IMG/VR virus record: IMGVR_UViG_3300010412_000009
Coordinates: 5,770-69,769 of that record
Strand: one strand, 5' to 3'
DNA: 64,000 nt
From: a virus
In this document: positions 30,962 through 41,327 of the stretch, piece after piece
Layout: the number at the start of each line of letters is the position of its first letter
Position numbering within the stretch: position 1 is the stretch's first letter
The notes under the pieces: generated by a model
Told to the model about the DNA's origin: nothing
The model's database searches: none
The model's input: only the letters and a program-made list of their open reading frames with translations
Position numbers and translations under genes: made by a program

Positions 30962-31336
30962 TTACAATTTTTCTTTCCCGAATAATATGCCGTGAAAATA
31001 AAAACTGTCACAATGCGTTATTTGAAATACTATATCGTGAGCGTAATTTAATGTATCTTTAAATTCTTCAAAATGAATGACACCATCATAATCACTAACA
31101 TATTTATTATTATAGTATAAAATAAATTGCCTGTCAACTACAATTCGATAAGTACTATCAACACTACGATAACTTGGGAGAACTAATCTTTTTGTATCCA
31201 AAGAATAACCAATATAATCTTCAAGACAGGTTTTACCTTGAACATCACCCATCACATCAAGAGATATTATCTCAATCAAAGGTTCTTTAGTACATGAAAT
31301 AAATAATACCAAGAAAATAGCATATAGAATTCTCAT
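30962..31336 (-). CDS. putative lipoprotein
   Basis: signal peptide with lipobox-like FISC. Confidence 0.55.
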   Translation of the reverse strand: MRILYAIFLVLFISCTKEPLIEIISLDVMGDVQGKTCLEDYIGYSLDTKRLVLPSYRSVDSTYRIVVDRQFILYYNNKYVSDYDGVIHFEEFKDTLNYAHDIVFQITHCDSFYFHGILFGKEKL

Positions 31337-31384
31337 ATCAATTAATTTTACTCAAAGATAGGTTAAAAAAATGAAATAACAAAA

Positions 31385-31825
31385 TTATTTCTTTTTACTT
31401 TTCTTACATTTAAATGGATCACGACTCCAAGATCCAATATTATCAGCCAAATACAATCTACCTAATTGAACATCTTCACCCTCATTGAAATTGAGATTAT
31501 ATTTCATCACAATATGAGAATATACGTGATTATCGTTGTTTTTATATGTTTTGGGTGAATTTACTTTAGTGTTGAATACTTTGAACATCGTTGAATTTCT
31601 AAAACTACCATCAGTATCAAACATAAATTGAGCGGCAATTCCAGGATAATAACAATTTATCCATTCTCTAAATCCGTTACCCTCATTTTTAGACCTGAAT
31701 GGTGGGTTGTAGTTTTTAGTTGTTGATTCCGGTAAATAATGATTTTGACTAGCAGAGATATGCTGAGTTAATATATTTCTTTTTTCTTCCTCCGAAATAT
31801 TATACACGTTAGTTTTGATTGGCAT
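31385..31825 (-). CDS. leader-family hypothetical protein
   Basis: NISEEEKRNILTQH; start chosen at MPIK. Confidence 0.6.
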   Translation of the reverse strand: MPIKTNVYNISEEEKRNILTQHISASQNHYLPESTTKNYNPPFRSKNEGNGFREWINCYYPGIAAQFMFDTDGSFRNSTMFKVFNTKVNSPKTYKNNDNHVYSHIVMKYNLNFNEGEDVQLGRLYLADNIGSWSRDPFKCKKSKKK

Positions 31826-32228
31826 TTCTCTGAATATTTCTTTCAATCGATGGTTTTATTTGGTTTTGGAGAACATTTAGCGCCTCTATAATTGATCTAG
31901 ATGATTTAAAGTCGCCACGAAAAACTGGACCACTTAACAATGGATTTAAGAAATCGTGATAATTAACTTTTCTACCTAAATTCGCAAACTTCCTAGTGAA
32001 GAATTCTTGAATATCAAAAATCATCTCACCACCATCACCCATTATAAAATATTTAAGAGTTTTATTTGATAAATCAGGTTTAACTCCAACTTGAATCGAC
32101 CCATACGGACCTAATTTTATTGTAACTAAATCAGTGGCACTTCTTATTTGCTCACTAATATCATTTTTAGTGATATTATATAATCCGAGTATTCTACTTT
32201 TCTCACTCTCAGATATTCTTGTTCTCAT
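31809..32228 (-). CDS. leader-family hypothetical protein
   Basis: MRTRISESEKSRILGLY...ISEQ; start chosen at MRTR. Confidence 0.65.
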   Translation of the reverse strand: MRTRISESEKSRILGLYNITKNDISEQIRSATDLVTIKLGPYGSIQVGVKPDLSNKTLKYFIMGDGGEMIFDIQEFFTRKFANLGRKVNYHDFLNPLLSGPVFRGDFKSSRSIIEALNVLQNQIKPSIERNIQRNANQN

Positions 32229-32279
32229 AACAATCCTTTCCAATAAATATATCATAAACACAAAAAAAAAAATGGGTGA

Positions 32280-33137
32280 CTAACCACCCATTTCTTTTTC
32301 AAATAAATCTAACCTCTCTTTAAGATTACCAATAGTATCTGTAACATCTGTTAATAATTTTTTATCAACAAAATCAGTAAGACTATACCCCATAGATTTA
32401 AATGTTGCTATGTCATTATCACAAATCCCAATAATTTCGATAAATTTATTGTTAATAGTTTTAATTTTGGTTTCAACCTTATCTATTTTGGAAACAGCAT
32501 TTGCATGTTTTCTAATAGTATTTATAAGATTGAATAAATTTTCATCCAAGTAAAATAAGTTTTTACTTACTGCACTTGGACTAATATTAGTATCCTTTTC
32601 ATTATAAAAATCAAATTCACCATACAAAGGATCTGACTTATCAATTAAAATCACAAATTTAGTTTTTTTAGATATTATAAAATATATGTAGTGACTATTA
32701 TTATAACTATTAAATAAATTATTATTTTTACCTGAAATGCACCATCTAGTCCCTGAACCATATTTTATAGAACCTGCTTCAGTTTTAATGTGTAAGACAA
32801 ATAAATTTTCGTCTTTATAAATTTCAGTAACATTATCTTCTTTGATAAAACTTTTCTCAAATTTAATATCCTCAGCCTCTCTAATAATAGTCGTTAAGAC
32901 TGCAAAGTCTTTATATTGTTCTGAGTATATATCTTTATTTTTAATATAGGGTAAAAGACTATCAAATTTTTTAACTACATCTTTAATAATTTTAGTTGAT
33001 ATTTTTAGAGTGGATGATAAATAGCACATATAGTCCAGGTACTTTTTAGTTGGTGTAGTATCAGCTGCATTAAGAGAGTTAAAAGTCCTAGCATTAATAC
33101 CGGAGTACTTCTTTCTAATATCATCCACTTTAGACAT
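32280..33137 (-). CDS. WCIS-motif protein
   Basis: YGSGTRWCIS...F.SY...IYFII, similar to part of 25257..27152. Confidence 0.65.
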   Translation of the reverse strand: MSKVDDIRKKYSGINARTFNSLNAADTTPTKKYLDYMCYLSSTLKISTKIIKDVVKKFDSLLPYIKNKDIYSEQYKDFAVLTTIIREAEDIKFEKSFIKEDNVTEIYKDENLFVLHIKTEAGSIKYGSGTRWCISGKNNNLFNSYNNSHYIYFIISKKTKFVILIDKSDPLYGEFDFYNEKDTNISPSAVSKNLFYLDENLFNLINTIRKHANAVSKIDKVETKIKTINNKFIEIIGICDNDIATFKSMGYSLTDFVDKKLLTDVTDTIGNLKERLDLFEKEMGG

Positions 33138-33188
33138 AATAATATTTTTTTATTGTTAGACAACAAAGATAACACTTTTTTCTCAAAT

Positions 33189-33223
33189 AAAAAAAAGAGG
33201 CAAACAAATTTACCTCTTTTTTT
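33189..33223. terminator. intrinsic terminator
   Basis: A-run, GAGG...CCTC hairpin, T-run. Confidence 0.65.
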
Positions 33224-33252
33224 GTAAAAAATAACAAATTAAATAACACTAC

Positions 33253-33840
33253 TTATTGTTTCTGAATATTATCATCAATCAATACGTTCATTGGAATTTG
33301 TCCATTATACAAACTATCCACCTTTTCATCATGATCAAGTAAAAATGTTAATATTTTATCCTTAATACCTGTTTGCTTAATCCCCTCAGACACTTTTGGA
33401 CAATGAACAAAGTTTTCTAAGTTAGAAAGATTTAGATCATCGACACAAACCCAAGATGTTACATCATTCGACTCCAAAAATTGTTTAATTTCAATAACTC
33501 TAATGTCTTCAAGGTTATTACCATTCTTAACATCATTAAGTGATGGAGTGTATTCCAAGGGCATTTTTACCACACCCTGAGATTTATAATACTCTCTCAT
33601 CTCTTCAAGAGTTGCATGTTTTTTCCAATCCGAACTAATTACAATTTCTGCATTTGTTTTGATTAGAATTTCATTAAGAATTGCAACTGCCTTTCTATCA
33701 AAATTATCAAAACGGTGTAATACACTTAATTCAGACGAACTTTGTCCTCGTTTTCTTCGATGTCTTTGTTTAGTAAATCTACTTCCAAACTGTCTGGATG
33801 TTACGATTACCCCATCATGATCCAAAAAAATTACTTTCAT
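33253..33840 (-). CDS. HAD phosphatase (RNA-repair associated type)
   Basis: MKVIFLDHDGV, VISSDW, CVDD. Confidence 0.8.
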   Translation of the reverse strand: MKVIFLDHDGVIVTSRQFGSRFTKQRHRRKRGQSSSELSVLHRFDNFDRKAVAILNEILIKTNAEIVISSDWKKHATLEEMREYYKSQGVVKMPLEYTPSLNDVKNGNNLEDIRVIEIKQFLESNDVTSWVCVDDLNLSNLENFVHCPKVSEGIKQTGIKDKILTFLLDHDEKVDSLYNGQIPMNVLIDDNIQKQ

Positions 33841-34865
33841 AGTTTAGTAAATTCAGGTCTAATTGAATTCCATATCATATTATCAATATTATGTCCATTT
33901 CTAAGAGCGAAAAAATATCTCTTATTTGGATTATTGATTATTGATAATGCAAACTCTTTTTGTGTTACATCACCAAGTAGTTCATTAACGTTTTCATATT
34001 CAAAGATAATGCCTTTTTTCTTAGTATCAAAGTGATTTCTAAGATTATTCTCATAATCTTTTATTTTTGAATAGAATTCGTCTGGCACATCTTCAAGAAG
34101 TTGAGACATACTACCTCCATTAGATAACACCTCCCAAACTGCGGTTGTCGAGATATTTGTCATTATCTTGTGTAACCTTAAGTACTCGTCACTCTTAATC
34201 TTAACCCTATCGTTATTTGAGAACTTAATAACAAATCCTTCAAAATTAGATCCTATCATATCCTTAAGTGTGGAATAGTCAGAAATTCCATCATATTTCC
34301 TAACAACATCCACTTTTGATTCTTTAGATATATCTACAATATGAGAATATGAGTGTTCTGTACCACAAATAGTCTTAACAGCACCAAGTAACACTAGTTT
34401 TTCAACATCGCCATAATTAACAACAATCCTATTCCAAGGAGCAATAAACTCATATAGATATGTTGTATTTACATCCAAAATAGAAGTATTCATACTATCT
34501 ATAATTTGTTGAGCTGCAATTGCTTGATCTGAAGTAAAAGAACCTCTAGATGCTACAACCCACCTATCATTGTAATTAAATACAATAATTAACGATCCGT
34601 CCATTTTCTCATAAACTTCAAAATCTGACGTTGGTGAGTGCATATTTTCACTAAGGTTGAAAAACTTTCTAAATGGACGACCAACAATTTCACCTGTTAT
34701 TTCATTAATAACTAAGCCACGAGCCATTAATGTGATTTCATCCCATTTACCTTCGTATTGAGTATTCACACTATAATTCCATATACTTAAAGGAAAAGAT
34801 GGGTGAAATTGTGATATCACCCATCCTTCTTCTTTATATTCCCGTAATCTATTTAATAATTCCAT
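33837..34865 (-). CDS. T4 Rnl1-like RNA ligase
   Basis: ARGLV, PFRKFFN, EKMDGS (adenylated Lys), EGFV, KIKS..Y. Confidence 0.88.
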   Translation of the reverse strand: MELLNRLREYKEEGWVISQFHPSFPLSIWNYSVNTQYEGKWDEITLMARGLVINEITGEIVGRPFRKFFNLSENMHSPTSDFEVYEKMDGSLIIVFNYNDRWVVASRGSFTSDQAIAAQQIIDSMNTSILDVNTTYLYEFIAPWNRIVVNYGDVEKLVLLGAVKTICGTEHSYSHIVDISKESKVDVVRKYDGISDYSTLKDMIGSNFEGFVIKFSNNDRVKIKSDEYLRLHKIMTNISTTAVWEVLSNGGSMSQLLEDVPDEFYSKIKDYENNLRNHFDTKKKGIIFEYENVNELLGDVTQKEFALSIINNPNKRYFFALRNGHNIDNMIWNSIRPEFTKL

Positions 34866-34869
34866 AGTC

Positions 34870-35301
34870 TTATAATTTTACTGAAAAACGATTTCTCATC
34901 TTTTCAATATGTTCATCAGGAACATTATGGGTATTGATTCCATTATGTCGGTTCTCAACAATTATTGAAAATACCATATACCCATAAGTTTCAGCCAATT
35001 CAAAATACTTATCCATTTCCCATTCCATAGTAAATGTATTGGACACACCAATCTTAGGTACACCCCATTTCATAGCATCCTCAACACCTTTTTGACAATC
35101 AATATGAGCCTCTTTCAACAATGAAGAATCAAACTCATATACGCCATCATATTGATGTCTATTAAGTATTTCACCTGTTTCAGGATCTTTACTAACATAA
35201 AAATAACTATCAGCCTCAAACATCAAATCTGATATTGTTGATACCAATGTTGATTTGCCAGATCCTGGTAATCCTCTTACAATGTATAATATTTTTTTCA
35301 T
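34870..35301 (-). CDS. P-loop kinase, polynucleotide kinase-like
   Basis: RGLPGSGKST, SNTF, HNVP...EKM..RF. Confidence 0.8.
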   Translation of the reverse strand: MKKILYIVRGLPGSGKSTLVSTISDLMFEADSYFYVSKDPETGEILNRHQYDGVYEFDSSLLKEAHIDCQKGVEDAMKWGVPKIGVSNTFTMEWEMDKYFELAETYGYMVFSIIVENRHNGINTHNVPDEHIEKMRNRFSVKL

Positions 35302-35302
35302 G

Positions 35303-36040
35303 TTATTTCTTTTTCATCGTTGGTGATAGCCACAAATTTTTACCAAACACCGCTTCCATAAATTTAGGTTCAATAGAATCAATTTCTGAAAACAATCTAA
35401 GTGTTTTTATTGTGTCAGCACGCATCATTTTATCAACTTCCTCTCGAATTCTTTCAACACTAACAACCAATTCAAGTTTTTCAATCAAATTCGGTTGAAA
35501 CATTGCAATCCAAACTTTAGGGTCAATTCTAAATCCTTTAGTTACTGAGAACCTCAGGGCTCTCAACATTCTAAGAGGATCATCCATAAAAGTAACCTTA
35601 GGGTCCAATGGAGTGATTAGAACTTTATCTTTAAGAGCGAATTTCCCATCAAAAGGGTCGATAATATTACCATCAACATCCTCTGCCATTGCGTTTACTG
35701 TGAAATCTCTACGAATCAAATCATCTTCAAGAGTTCCAAGCTCCAAAATAGGTCTTCGTGTCCCTTCAACATACCCAACCTCTTTTCTAGCCATAACAAA
35801 ATCCGCAGTAGTTCCTTCAAATTTACTACCTTTAGGGAATTTTGCTCTGATTGTGAACATATCAGGTGTTGATAAGAATATTTCAAACCCTTCAGATTCC
35901 ATCCAAGATTTCATCTCAAAGAATCCTTCTTCAACAGATTTACTACAATCGTCAAGAACAAATGTAAAATCAATATCTTTAGAATCAATACCTAACAATT
36001 TGTCCCTAACACATCCACCGACTTTAAATAATTTTGGCAT
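35303..36040 (-). CDS. cca: CCA-adding tRNA nucleotidyltransferase / poly(A) polymerase family
   Basis: VGGCVRD.LLG...KDIDF, DL.RRDFTVNAMA, DDPLRMLRALRF. Confidence 0.88.
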   Translation of the reverse strand: MPKLFKVGGCVRDKLLGIDSKDIDFTFVLDDCSKSVEEGFFEMKSWMESEGFEIFLSTPDMFTIRAKFPKGSKFEGTTADFVMARKEVGYVEGTRRPILELGTLEDDLIRRDFTVNAMAEDVDGNIIDPFDGKFALKDKVLITPLDPKVTFMDDPLRMLRALRFSVTKGFRIDPKVWIAMFQPNLIEKLELVVSVERIREEVDKMMRADTIKTLRLFSEIDSIEPKFMEAVFGKNLWLSPTMKKK

Positions 36041-36112
36041 ATCTTAATTTCTTTGTATTACAAAGATACTATAATTTATTAGTACTAAAAAATATTATGA
36101 GGTAATTTTCAA

Positions 36113-36364
36113 TTAAAATTTATTCGCAATTTTAGTAATAAATTCAATTTCTTCATTTGATAAGAATAATCTGTTTTTACTCAATTTACTTAATAACTCT
36201 GAAAACATCTTATCATTAAGATTCTGATTATCTTTAACATAAAATAATTCAGGATATTCCTCCTTCAATATATCAACAAGTTCACGTAGTTCAGACGTAC
36301 TACAACTATCAATATACTCACTAGGATCAATATCAATATCACTACAAAGTTCAAAATTAGCCAT
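36113..36364 (-). CDS. hypothetical protein
   Basis: ORF. Confidence 0.55.
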   Translation of the reverse strand: MANFELCSDIDIDPSEYIDSCSTSELRELVDILKEEYPELFYVKDNQNLNDKMFSELLSKLSKNRLFLSNEEIEFITKIANKF

Positions 36365-36374
36365 AATTTCTATT

Positions 36375-37268
36375 TTATACTGTTACCAATTTATTATGTT
36401 CATTATATTCATTAATTAGATACTCAGGATCTGGAATCGCTCTATTATATTTACCAGTGCTAGACATAACCGAGTTAATAAAATCTTCAACTACTGTCAT
36501 CCGAGCTTTTTCACGAATCCAAGTTTTACCAGATTCCATATATGATGGAGTATATTCGATATCACATGTTTTACCAGTAGAACTAATACTTATGACTTTA
36601 ATGAACTTAAGGTAAGTACTATCTTTTTTACGAGAACTAAAATAAATTGTCGGATATGTATACCTATTCTCTTCATGTTTTTCAAACATAACACCATCGG
36701 TTGTGATCCGATCCCAAAAATCATTCCTCAAAATTGATTTAATTTGAGCTTTAATTTCACTTCTACGATTATGATATGGTTTAACCGTATTCGAAATAAT
36801 GTTATTTACATGATTTGATTTGGAAACTACATTAATAACTTCAGAAATCAAGCTATGTTTTCTGTCTAAAATACATTCAACAAAGTCAACAATTTTTCGG
36901 AGAATAGTGATGTCAGACGACTGGACTTCTTTAAAACGATTAATTGTTATTTCAAAATCATTTTTCCTAATATGAAAAAGAGTCTCTTCACCCCTAAACC
37001 TAAGATCAACATAATGTTTAACCTCAATAATTGGAACATAATAATCTCCCCAATCTTTTACTGTAAATCTAGTAGAATACTGTGAATATTCAACATTGAA
37101 AACACTATTTTGATTAACAAATTCAGGGAATACCCTTTCCCAAATAGACGTAAGTTCTTTTATTACATTAACCCTACTAACACCGTTACCAACAACTTCT
37201 AACTCAACACCAAGTTTATTGTACTCTTCAATGAGACTTACAATTTGGAGATTCATAACTTCATTCAT
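36375..37268 (-). CDS. hypothetical protein
   Basis: 297-aa ORF behind TATATTTG promoter. Confidence 0.65.
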   Translation of the reverse strand: MNEVMNLQIVSLIEEYNKLGVELEVVGNGVSRVNVIKELTSIWERVFPEFVNQNSVFNVEYSQYSTRFTVKDWGDYYVPIIEVKHYVDLRFRGEETLFHIRKNDFEITINRFKEVQSSDITILRKIVDFVECILDRKHSLISEVINVVSKSNHVNNIISNTVKPYHNRRSEIKAQIKSILRNDFWDRITTDGVMFEKHEENRYTYPTIYFSSRKKDSTYLKFIKVISISSTGKTCDIEYTPSYMESGKTWIREKARMTVVEDFINSVMSSTGKYNRAIPDPEYLINEYNEHNKLVTV

Positions 37269-37342
37269 TTTGTAGTGTTATAATTGATTAGACTACAAAT
37301 ATACAACATTATTTTCTATCCACAAAATATCAAGAAAAAAAA

Positions 37343-37759
37343 TTACAATAATAAATTCTTATTATCCAATGTCTCAAAATAGAATACACCTGAAAATGGC
37401 TTATCTTCCGTTATATCAAAATATTCCGCTATTTTTAATAAATATTGTTTTCTCTTTATTGATGTTTCAACTTTCGGATTTTTAGGTAGTTTCTTTAATC
37501 TTTCATGTAAACCACCTAAAAACCAATCACGAAATGTCTCCAAGGGTAACCCACCTTTATAATGGTTAATTAATCTTTGGGCTGGCATCAAATTATTAAT
37601 ATGATTCATTTCCAACAAATTAAGTTGATAACTTCTAACTTCAAATTCTATTTTTGGGATTAAATGATCAACTTGCCAATCATCCTCTAATAACGTTCCT
37701 GAATATGCACATCTCCCATCAAACTTATTATATACTAAATCCCTATCAATTTTCTTCAT
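37343..37759 (-). CDS. HNH endonuclease-like protein
   Basis: GRCAYSG...QVDHLIP...NL.PA...N.YK; start chosen at MKKID. Confidence 0.75.
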   Translation of the reverse strand: MKKIDRDLVYNKFDGRCAYSGTLLEDDWQVDHLIPKIEFEVRSYQLNLLEMNHINNLMPAQRLINHYKGGLPLETFRDWFLGGLHERLKKLPKNPKVETSIKRKQYLLKIAEYFDITEDKPFSGVFYFETLDNKNLLL

Positions 37760-38318
37760 AATATAAATCAAGAACAGATTTATTGAGAATGTCAATACAT
37801 TTGTTGGCAATTTCTTTCGTCAAACCAAATTTTCTACTAACCAAAATGAAATGTTCTCTTTGTCCATACAACATATCACTATCATCATCAAGAATAACAT
37901 AGTTTTCAACATCAGATTTATCTATCCATTCCTTTTGCCGATCCTTAGACCAATTAATTCTCTGAAAACCTTTATCCTTTAACCAATGTTTAATTTCAAC
38001 ACCTCTATCTATTACATAAGTACTATCGTTATGCTTATAAATAATTCTAGGCGTTTTATCTATCACTTCACCGACAAACCCACATTCTTTTAAGATATTA
38101 CCCAATTCTTCAGTTGTATGTCCAAGTCTCCACGTTGACGATACCACAACTTTAGCCCCTGTCTCACGAATGATATAATTTAAATTCTCGACAGATTCAG
38201 GATCTATATCACTTTCTGTACTAGCCTCACATTCACCACTCTTTATACTTTTATACCGCCTCTCATACCAATTTTCGTGATTTAAAACGCCATCAAAATC
38301 TAAAAATATTACTTTCAT
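37746..38318 (-). CDS. HAD phosphatase, paralogue of 33253..33840
   Basis: MKVIFLDFDGV, VVSSTWR, ILDDD. Confidence 0.8.
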   Translation of the reverse strand: MKVIFLDFDGVLNHENWYERRYKSIKSGECEASTESDIDPESVENLNYIIRETGAKVVVSSTWRLGHTTEELGNILKECGFVGEVIDKTPRIIYKHNDSTYVIDRGVEIKHWLKDKGFQRINWSKDRQKEWIDKSDVENYVILDDDSDMLYGQREHFILVSRKFGLTKEIANKCIDILNKSVLDLYYEEN

Positions 38319-38324
38319 TATTTA

Positions 38325-38672
38325 CTATTCAATAGGGTTGTCTTTCTCATATTCCAGTAACTTGAATTTCAACTCGCGGTTCTCTTCAATAATATTAATT
38401 ACAGATTTCAACATCACATACATAGCTGCATTATCAAACACAATAGGACGATTATCACCCACTAACTTATAGAGACTGTTTAATGTAATAAAATCAATAT
38501 CTTTAGAGATGCTTTTAGATATATAATTTCCCATATCCGCACTATGAGTAATGACTATAGGTATATTATCACCATCAAAATTCTCCAGACCTTCTTTTAT
38601 CAATTTAGTATGTCCTTTTTGTCTTGTTGAGATGTAGTACTCATACAATAATTTAAAATCACTATGTTTCAT
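38325..38672 (-). CDS. hypothetical protein
   Basis: ORF. Confidence 0.55.
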   Translation of the reverse strand: MKHSDFKLLYEYYISTRQKGHTKLIKEGLENFDGDNIPIVITHSADMGNYISKSISKDIDFITLNSLYKLVGDNRPIVFDNAAMYVMLKSVINIIEENRELKFKLLEYEKDNPIE

Positions 38673-38723
38673 AATTTATTCTTTTTTATTCCTAAAAAAA
38701 ATGTAAAATTATTTGATACCATA

Positions 38724-39140
38724 TTATAATGTATGATTTTCCCATTTTCCTTCAGGATATGAAGGATTTATATAACAAGATAGTTTATACCACCCCTTAT
38801 TATCTTTCTTTTTCCAATAACCACGATATGCATCTTCATCGTGAAATGGTGTTAAGTTTATTTGCTGGAATGTTTCAACGATTTTGTCTAAAAACATATT
38901 AGGAATATCATCACCTTCAAACTCAAACTCGCAACAAATCCAAACCTCACATTTCTCAGTTTTCCCATAACCATATGACAATAATTCAGGATAAAAAACA
39001 AGATAATAATCTTTGTTATTATATTTACACGTTAAACAAAAAGTATCCTGTTGTTTGAATTTATTAGGGAATGTCTTTAACAATAAATCTTGGATTTCCT
39101 CAATCTCTTTATTAGTCTCAACGGCTAAATTAATATCCAT
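38724..39140 (-). CDS. hypothetical protein
   Basis: ORF. Confidence 0.55.
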   Translation of the reverse strand: MDINLAVETNKEIEEIQDLLLKTFPNKFKQQDTFCLTCKYNNKDYYLVFYPELLSYGYGKTEKCEVWICCEFEFEGDDIPNMFLDKIVETFQQINLTPFHDEDAYRGYWKKKDNKGWYKLSCYINPSYPEGKWENHTL

Positions 39141-39186
39141 TCTTTTTTCTTTAAATATAGATAAAAATATTTAAACTATCAAATAG

Positions 39187-39269
39187 TACCGAAGGAGGGT
39201 CTCGAACCCCCACGTCATTATGACAACACCTTTTGAGGATGCCGTGTCTACCAATTCCACCACTCCGGC
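39187..39269 (-). tRNA. tRNA-Leu(CAA)
   Basis: cloverleaf with variable arm; anticodon loop CT-CAA-AA. Confidence 0.9.
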
Positions 39270-39270
39270 A

Positions 39271-39346
39271 TGGAGCGAATGATGGGATTCGAACCCACAA
39301 CCATCTGCATGGCAAGCAGATACTCTACCAATTGAGCTACATTCGC
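39271..39346 (-). tRNA. tRNA-Gly(GCC)
   Basis: cloverleaf, loop TT-GCC-AT, encoded CCA. Confidence 0.92.
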
Positions 39347-39359
39347 AAATGAAACCTAA

Positions 39360-39572
39360 CTACTTAGGTTTCCATTGAGTATTTCTGTTATGCTTCCAAG
39401 TTTTGTACATTCGTACCTGATATGGTAACAGAAATTTTTTCTTTCGTTTATATCCTTTTGGATAGTAGTACCCCCAACCTTCATCATAATAGATTGGGAA
39501 TCTTTTTTTGAGACAGATTCTATTGTATGTTCTACTATCTGTCGTCGTCTTTAAAACAATAACATCTTTCAT
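39360..39572 (-). CDS. small basic hypothetical protein
   Basis: ORF between tRNAs. Confidence 0.5.
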   Translation of the reverse strand: MKDVIVLKTTTDSRTYNRICLKKRFPIYYDEGWGYYYPKGYKRKKKFLLPYQVRMYKTWKHNRNTQWKPK

Positions 39573-39640
39573 TTTAATTAGGTTTTAGTAAACCTAACTA
39601 AATGTACCTCTATTTCTGAACTTCATATTTACAAGTTTTG

Positions 39641-39714
39641 TGGGCCCTGTAGGACTTGAACCTACGACTTTTTGATTATGAGTCAAACGTTCTGACCAAC
39701 TGAACTAAGAGCCC
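39641..39714 (-). tRNA. tRNA with CAT anticodon, probably Ile2 (or elongator Met)
   Basis: canonical cloverleaf, GGGCTCT acceptor, loop CT-CAT-AA. Confidence 0.88.
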
Positions 39715-39756
39715 TGTTTGTTCTACAAAGATATTAAAAAAGATGGAGAGTTCAAA

Positions 39757-40812
39757 CTATTCTCCACCTTCAATTAAAAATTTATTTGAAATAACCTTAA
39801 AACTAATACTGTTATCTCGACTTCTAACAACAATACCCTCCCTTTCTTTATTCGGATTTAATTGAGACTTACCCTCAGCGAATGATAAGATTTCATCAAT
39901 CGCTTTAGGTAATTCAAATTCACCTGATTGAAAAAGAACTGGAACTGTCTCAAGTTTAAGTTCATCTCTTACGATCTTAATAAATTTGTCATACTTAACT
40001 TTTGTTTGAGTGTCAATATCAAACAAGTTGAAAATTCTGACAGTTTGTCCTTTAATCTTATATGGATTACCTTGAATACCCTCACCAATAAGTTCACCTT
40101 GAACTGCAACATTAAAATTCAAAGATGCTAATTTATCCTTAAGGTTTAATTGTTTCGCGACAGACCAAAAAGAGTTTGTATCTTCTTCAAGAAGTTCCAA
40201 ATTTCGAGAGCATACACCAAACTCACCATTATTGTAATAATAAGTCGCAGATGTACCATCCAGTTTTTCAGTCACATAAAACTCAAATGGAATTGACGTA
40301 TTTACCCATTCTTTATATTCCTCAACAAGATTCTGAACTCTTTCTTCATCTGTTTTTGGAATAAATGACGGAAACCATCCCTTAATTTTTCCAGACAACT
40401 GAGCAGGAATTGGTTTTTCATATTTGATAATTCCCAACATATCGGTAACGTCCAAACCTTCAAACCAATCCATTGTCAAATTATTCGTTTTCCTCTCGTA
40501 GATAGAATATCCATCTTTAAGAGGAATAATCAATCCTTGACTAATCTGACCTCTCAATCTAATAGTCTTCAATCTAAAGCCCTCAGTTCCATCTGCTAGT
40601 TTAATATACGATGTTTTTCTCAGGAACTCAAATTCAGGTTCAATCGGAAGAAGACTATCAATCTCACAATAAACAACCAAATCGCCCACTTTATGTCCAA
40701 CATTTTTTGCAACAACAACTTTCCACCCATCAACAGTAGCCACTTCAATCATATCCGCATTTGGAATAGGTTGAATATCTTTAATTCTTCTAATTTTTGC
40801 TAATTCTCTCAT
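39757..40812 (-). CDS. RNA ligase, DRB0094-like family
   Basis: N-terminal OB-like IPNAD.IE...GW.VV, PKTDEERVQN, TEKLDGTS, QGELIG.GIQGN, EGIV, FKVISNKFL. Confidence 0.85.
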   Translation of the reverse strand: MRELAKIRRIKDIQPIPNADMIEVATVDGWKVVVAKNVGHKVGDLVVYCEIDSLLPIEPEFEFLRKTSYIKLADGTEGFRLKTIRLRGQISQGLIIPLKDGYSIYERKTNNLTMDWFEGLDVTDMLGIIKYEKPIPAQLSGKIKGWFPSFIPKTDEERVQNLVEEYKEWVNTSIPFEFYVTEKLDGTSATYYYNNGEFGVCSRNLELLEEDTNSFWSVAKQLNLKDKLASLNFNVAVQGELIGEGIQGNPYKIKGQTVRIFNLFDIDTQTKVKYDKFIKIVRDELKLETVPVLFQSGEFELPKAIDEILSFAEGKSQLNPNKEREGIVVRSRDNSISFKVISNKFLIEGGE

Positions 40813-40829
40813 AATACTATTATTTTTTA

Positions 40830-41327
40830 TTACCGACTTAAAAACCCATCAACAAACCCTTCTTCATATATCTCACGAGAATCTTTGAAAAAATATTTTG
40901 AGTTTCTCTTTTCAGCCAACATCATCGCATACCTTTCACTTTGTTTCATATCATCAATGATATTCATAAATTTATCAAAAGTATTCGGAAGTCGTTTCAA
41001 TTCTTTTCGAATCCCATAAGCACTAATAACTGCCTTATCATATCTTTTAATAATCTTACCTGATATACGTTTTCCTCTAAGTGTACGATCATAAATTGAT
41101 ACCTCATTCAAATTCGTCATCCAAGAAACATAACGAATTTTACCTTCATTATGAAAAAGTAACTTGGCAAAGTAAACCCCTTGTCTCCTCGATTTTAGAT
41201 AATTCTCAACTTCGCGATGATACCCTTTAACTACAAAATTTTCATTTTTAGTTAAAACAAATGCGGTAACATATGCACCACCAAACATACCTCGTTCACC
41301 TGAATTTGGAACAATAATCTCCACCAT
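40830..41327 (-). CDS. hypothetical protein
   Basis: ORF. Confidence 0.55.
   Translation of the reverse strand: MVEIIVPNSGERGMFGGAYVTAFVLTKNENFVVKGYHREVENYLKSRRQGVYFAKLLFHNEGKIRYVSWMTNLNEVSIYDRTLRGKRISGKIIKRYDKAVISAYGIRKELKRLPNTFDKFMNIIDDMKQSERYAMMLAEKRNSKYFFKDSREIYEEGFVDGFLSR

Noticed and set aside
35613-36047. Plus-strand 144-aa ORF and similar antisense ORFs across the window
   Set aside because: Fully antisense to well-supported genes, with Ser/Ile/Phe-rich shadow composition
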